Source of the DNA: a virus
Lineage: Duplodnaviria > Heunggongvirae > Uroviricota > Caudoviricetes
Direction: 5' to 3' (one strand)
IMG/VR virus record: IMGVR_UViG_2657244940_000019
Length of the DNA stretch: 9,677 bases
Of the stretch, positions 9,444 through 9,677 are shown piece after piece. Below the pieces are notes generated by a model. The model saw only the letters and a program-made list of their open reading frames with translations. It had not been told where the DNA came from and made no database searches. A program made the position numbers and the translations under genes. Positions within the stretch are counted from its first letter, which is position 1, and each line of letters starts with the position of its first letter.

Positions 9444-9677
9444 GGTAATGACTCCAACTTATTGATAGTGTTTTATGTTCAGATAATGCCCGATGACTTT
9501 GTCATGCAGCTCCACCGATTTTGAGAACGACAGCGACTTCCGTCCCAGCCGTGCCAGGTGCTGCCTCAGATTCAGGTTATGCCGCTCAATTCGCTGCGTA
9601 TATCGCTTGCTGATTACGTGCAGCTTTCCCTTCAGGCGGGATTCATACAGCGGCCAGCCATCCGTCATCCATATCAC
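9444..9677 (-). mobile_element. IS1 insertion sequence, 3' portion in inverted orientation (rest of element lies right of the window)
   Basis: 9444-9466 GGTAATGACTCCAACTTATTGAT is the reverse complement of the IS1 terminus seen at 290-312; the following sequence is the reverse complement of window 79-312. Confidence 0.93.
9459..9677 (-). CDS. insB: IS1 transposase InsB, C-terminal fragment (5' end outside window)
   Basis: Minus-strand translation ...[35 protein letters not shown]...HYLNIKHYQ, identical to the left copy; stop at 9461-9459. Confidence 0.9.
   Translation of the reverse strand: MIWMTDGWPLYESRLKGKLHVISKRYTQRIERHNLNLRQHLARLGRKSLSFSKSVELHDKVIGHYLNIKHYQ

Overview
Enterobacterial (Escherichia/Shigella-type) chromosomal segment, bracketed by two partial IS1 copies in inverted orientation (1-312 and 9444-9677), each cutting into a gene. 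Between them, left to right: (1) a lambdoid-prophage immunity-region remnant: IS1-truncated small leftward ORFs, a cI-like HTH/S24-peptidase repressor on the minus strand, a repeated 16-bp operator-like motif, and divergent cro-like and cII-position genes; (2) mazE-mazF toxin-antitoxin, mazG, pyrG (CTP synthase) and eno (enolase) on the plus strand; (3) convergent with eno, three tandem TPM-domain membrane-protein genes on the minus strand (ygcG-like, a 380-aa paralog, and a third copy whose 5' end is removed by IS1). No tRNA, rRNA or CRISPR array was seen. The two points most worth follow-up are the prophage regulatory module abutting mazE with a 4-nt stop/start overlap, where relA sits in E. 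coli K-12 as I recall it, and the TPM-paralog triad with conserved Gly-rich ...RW C-termini. All identifications rest on reading the translations and motifs by eye; no database search was run.
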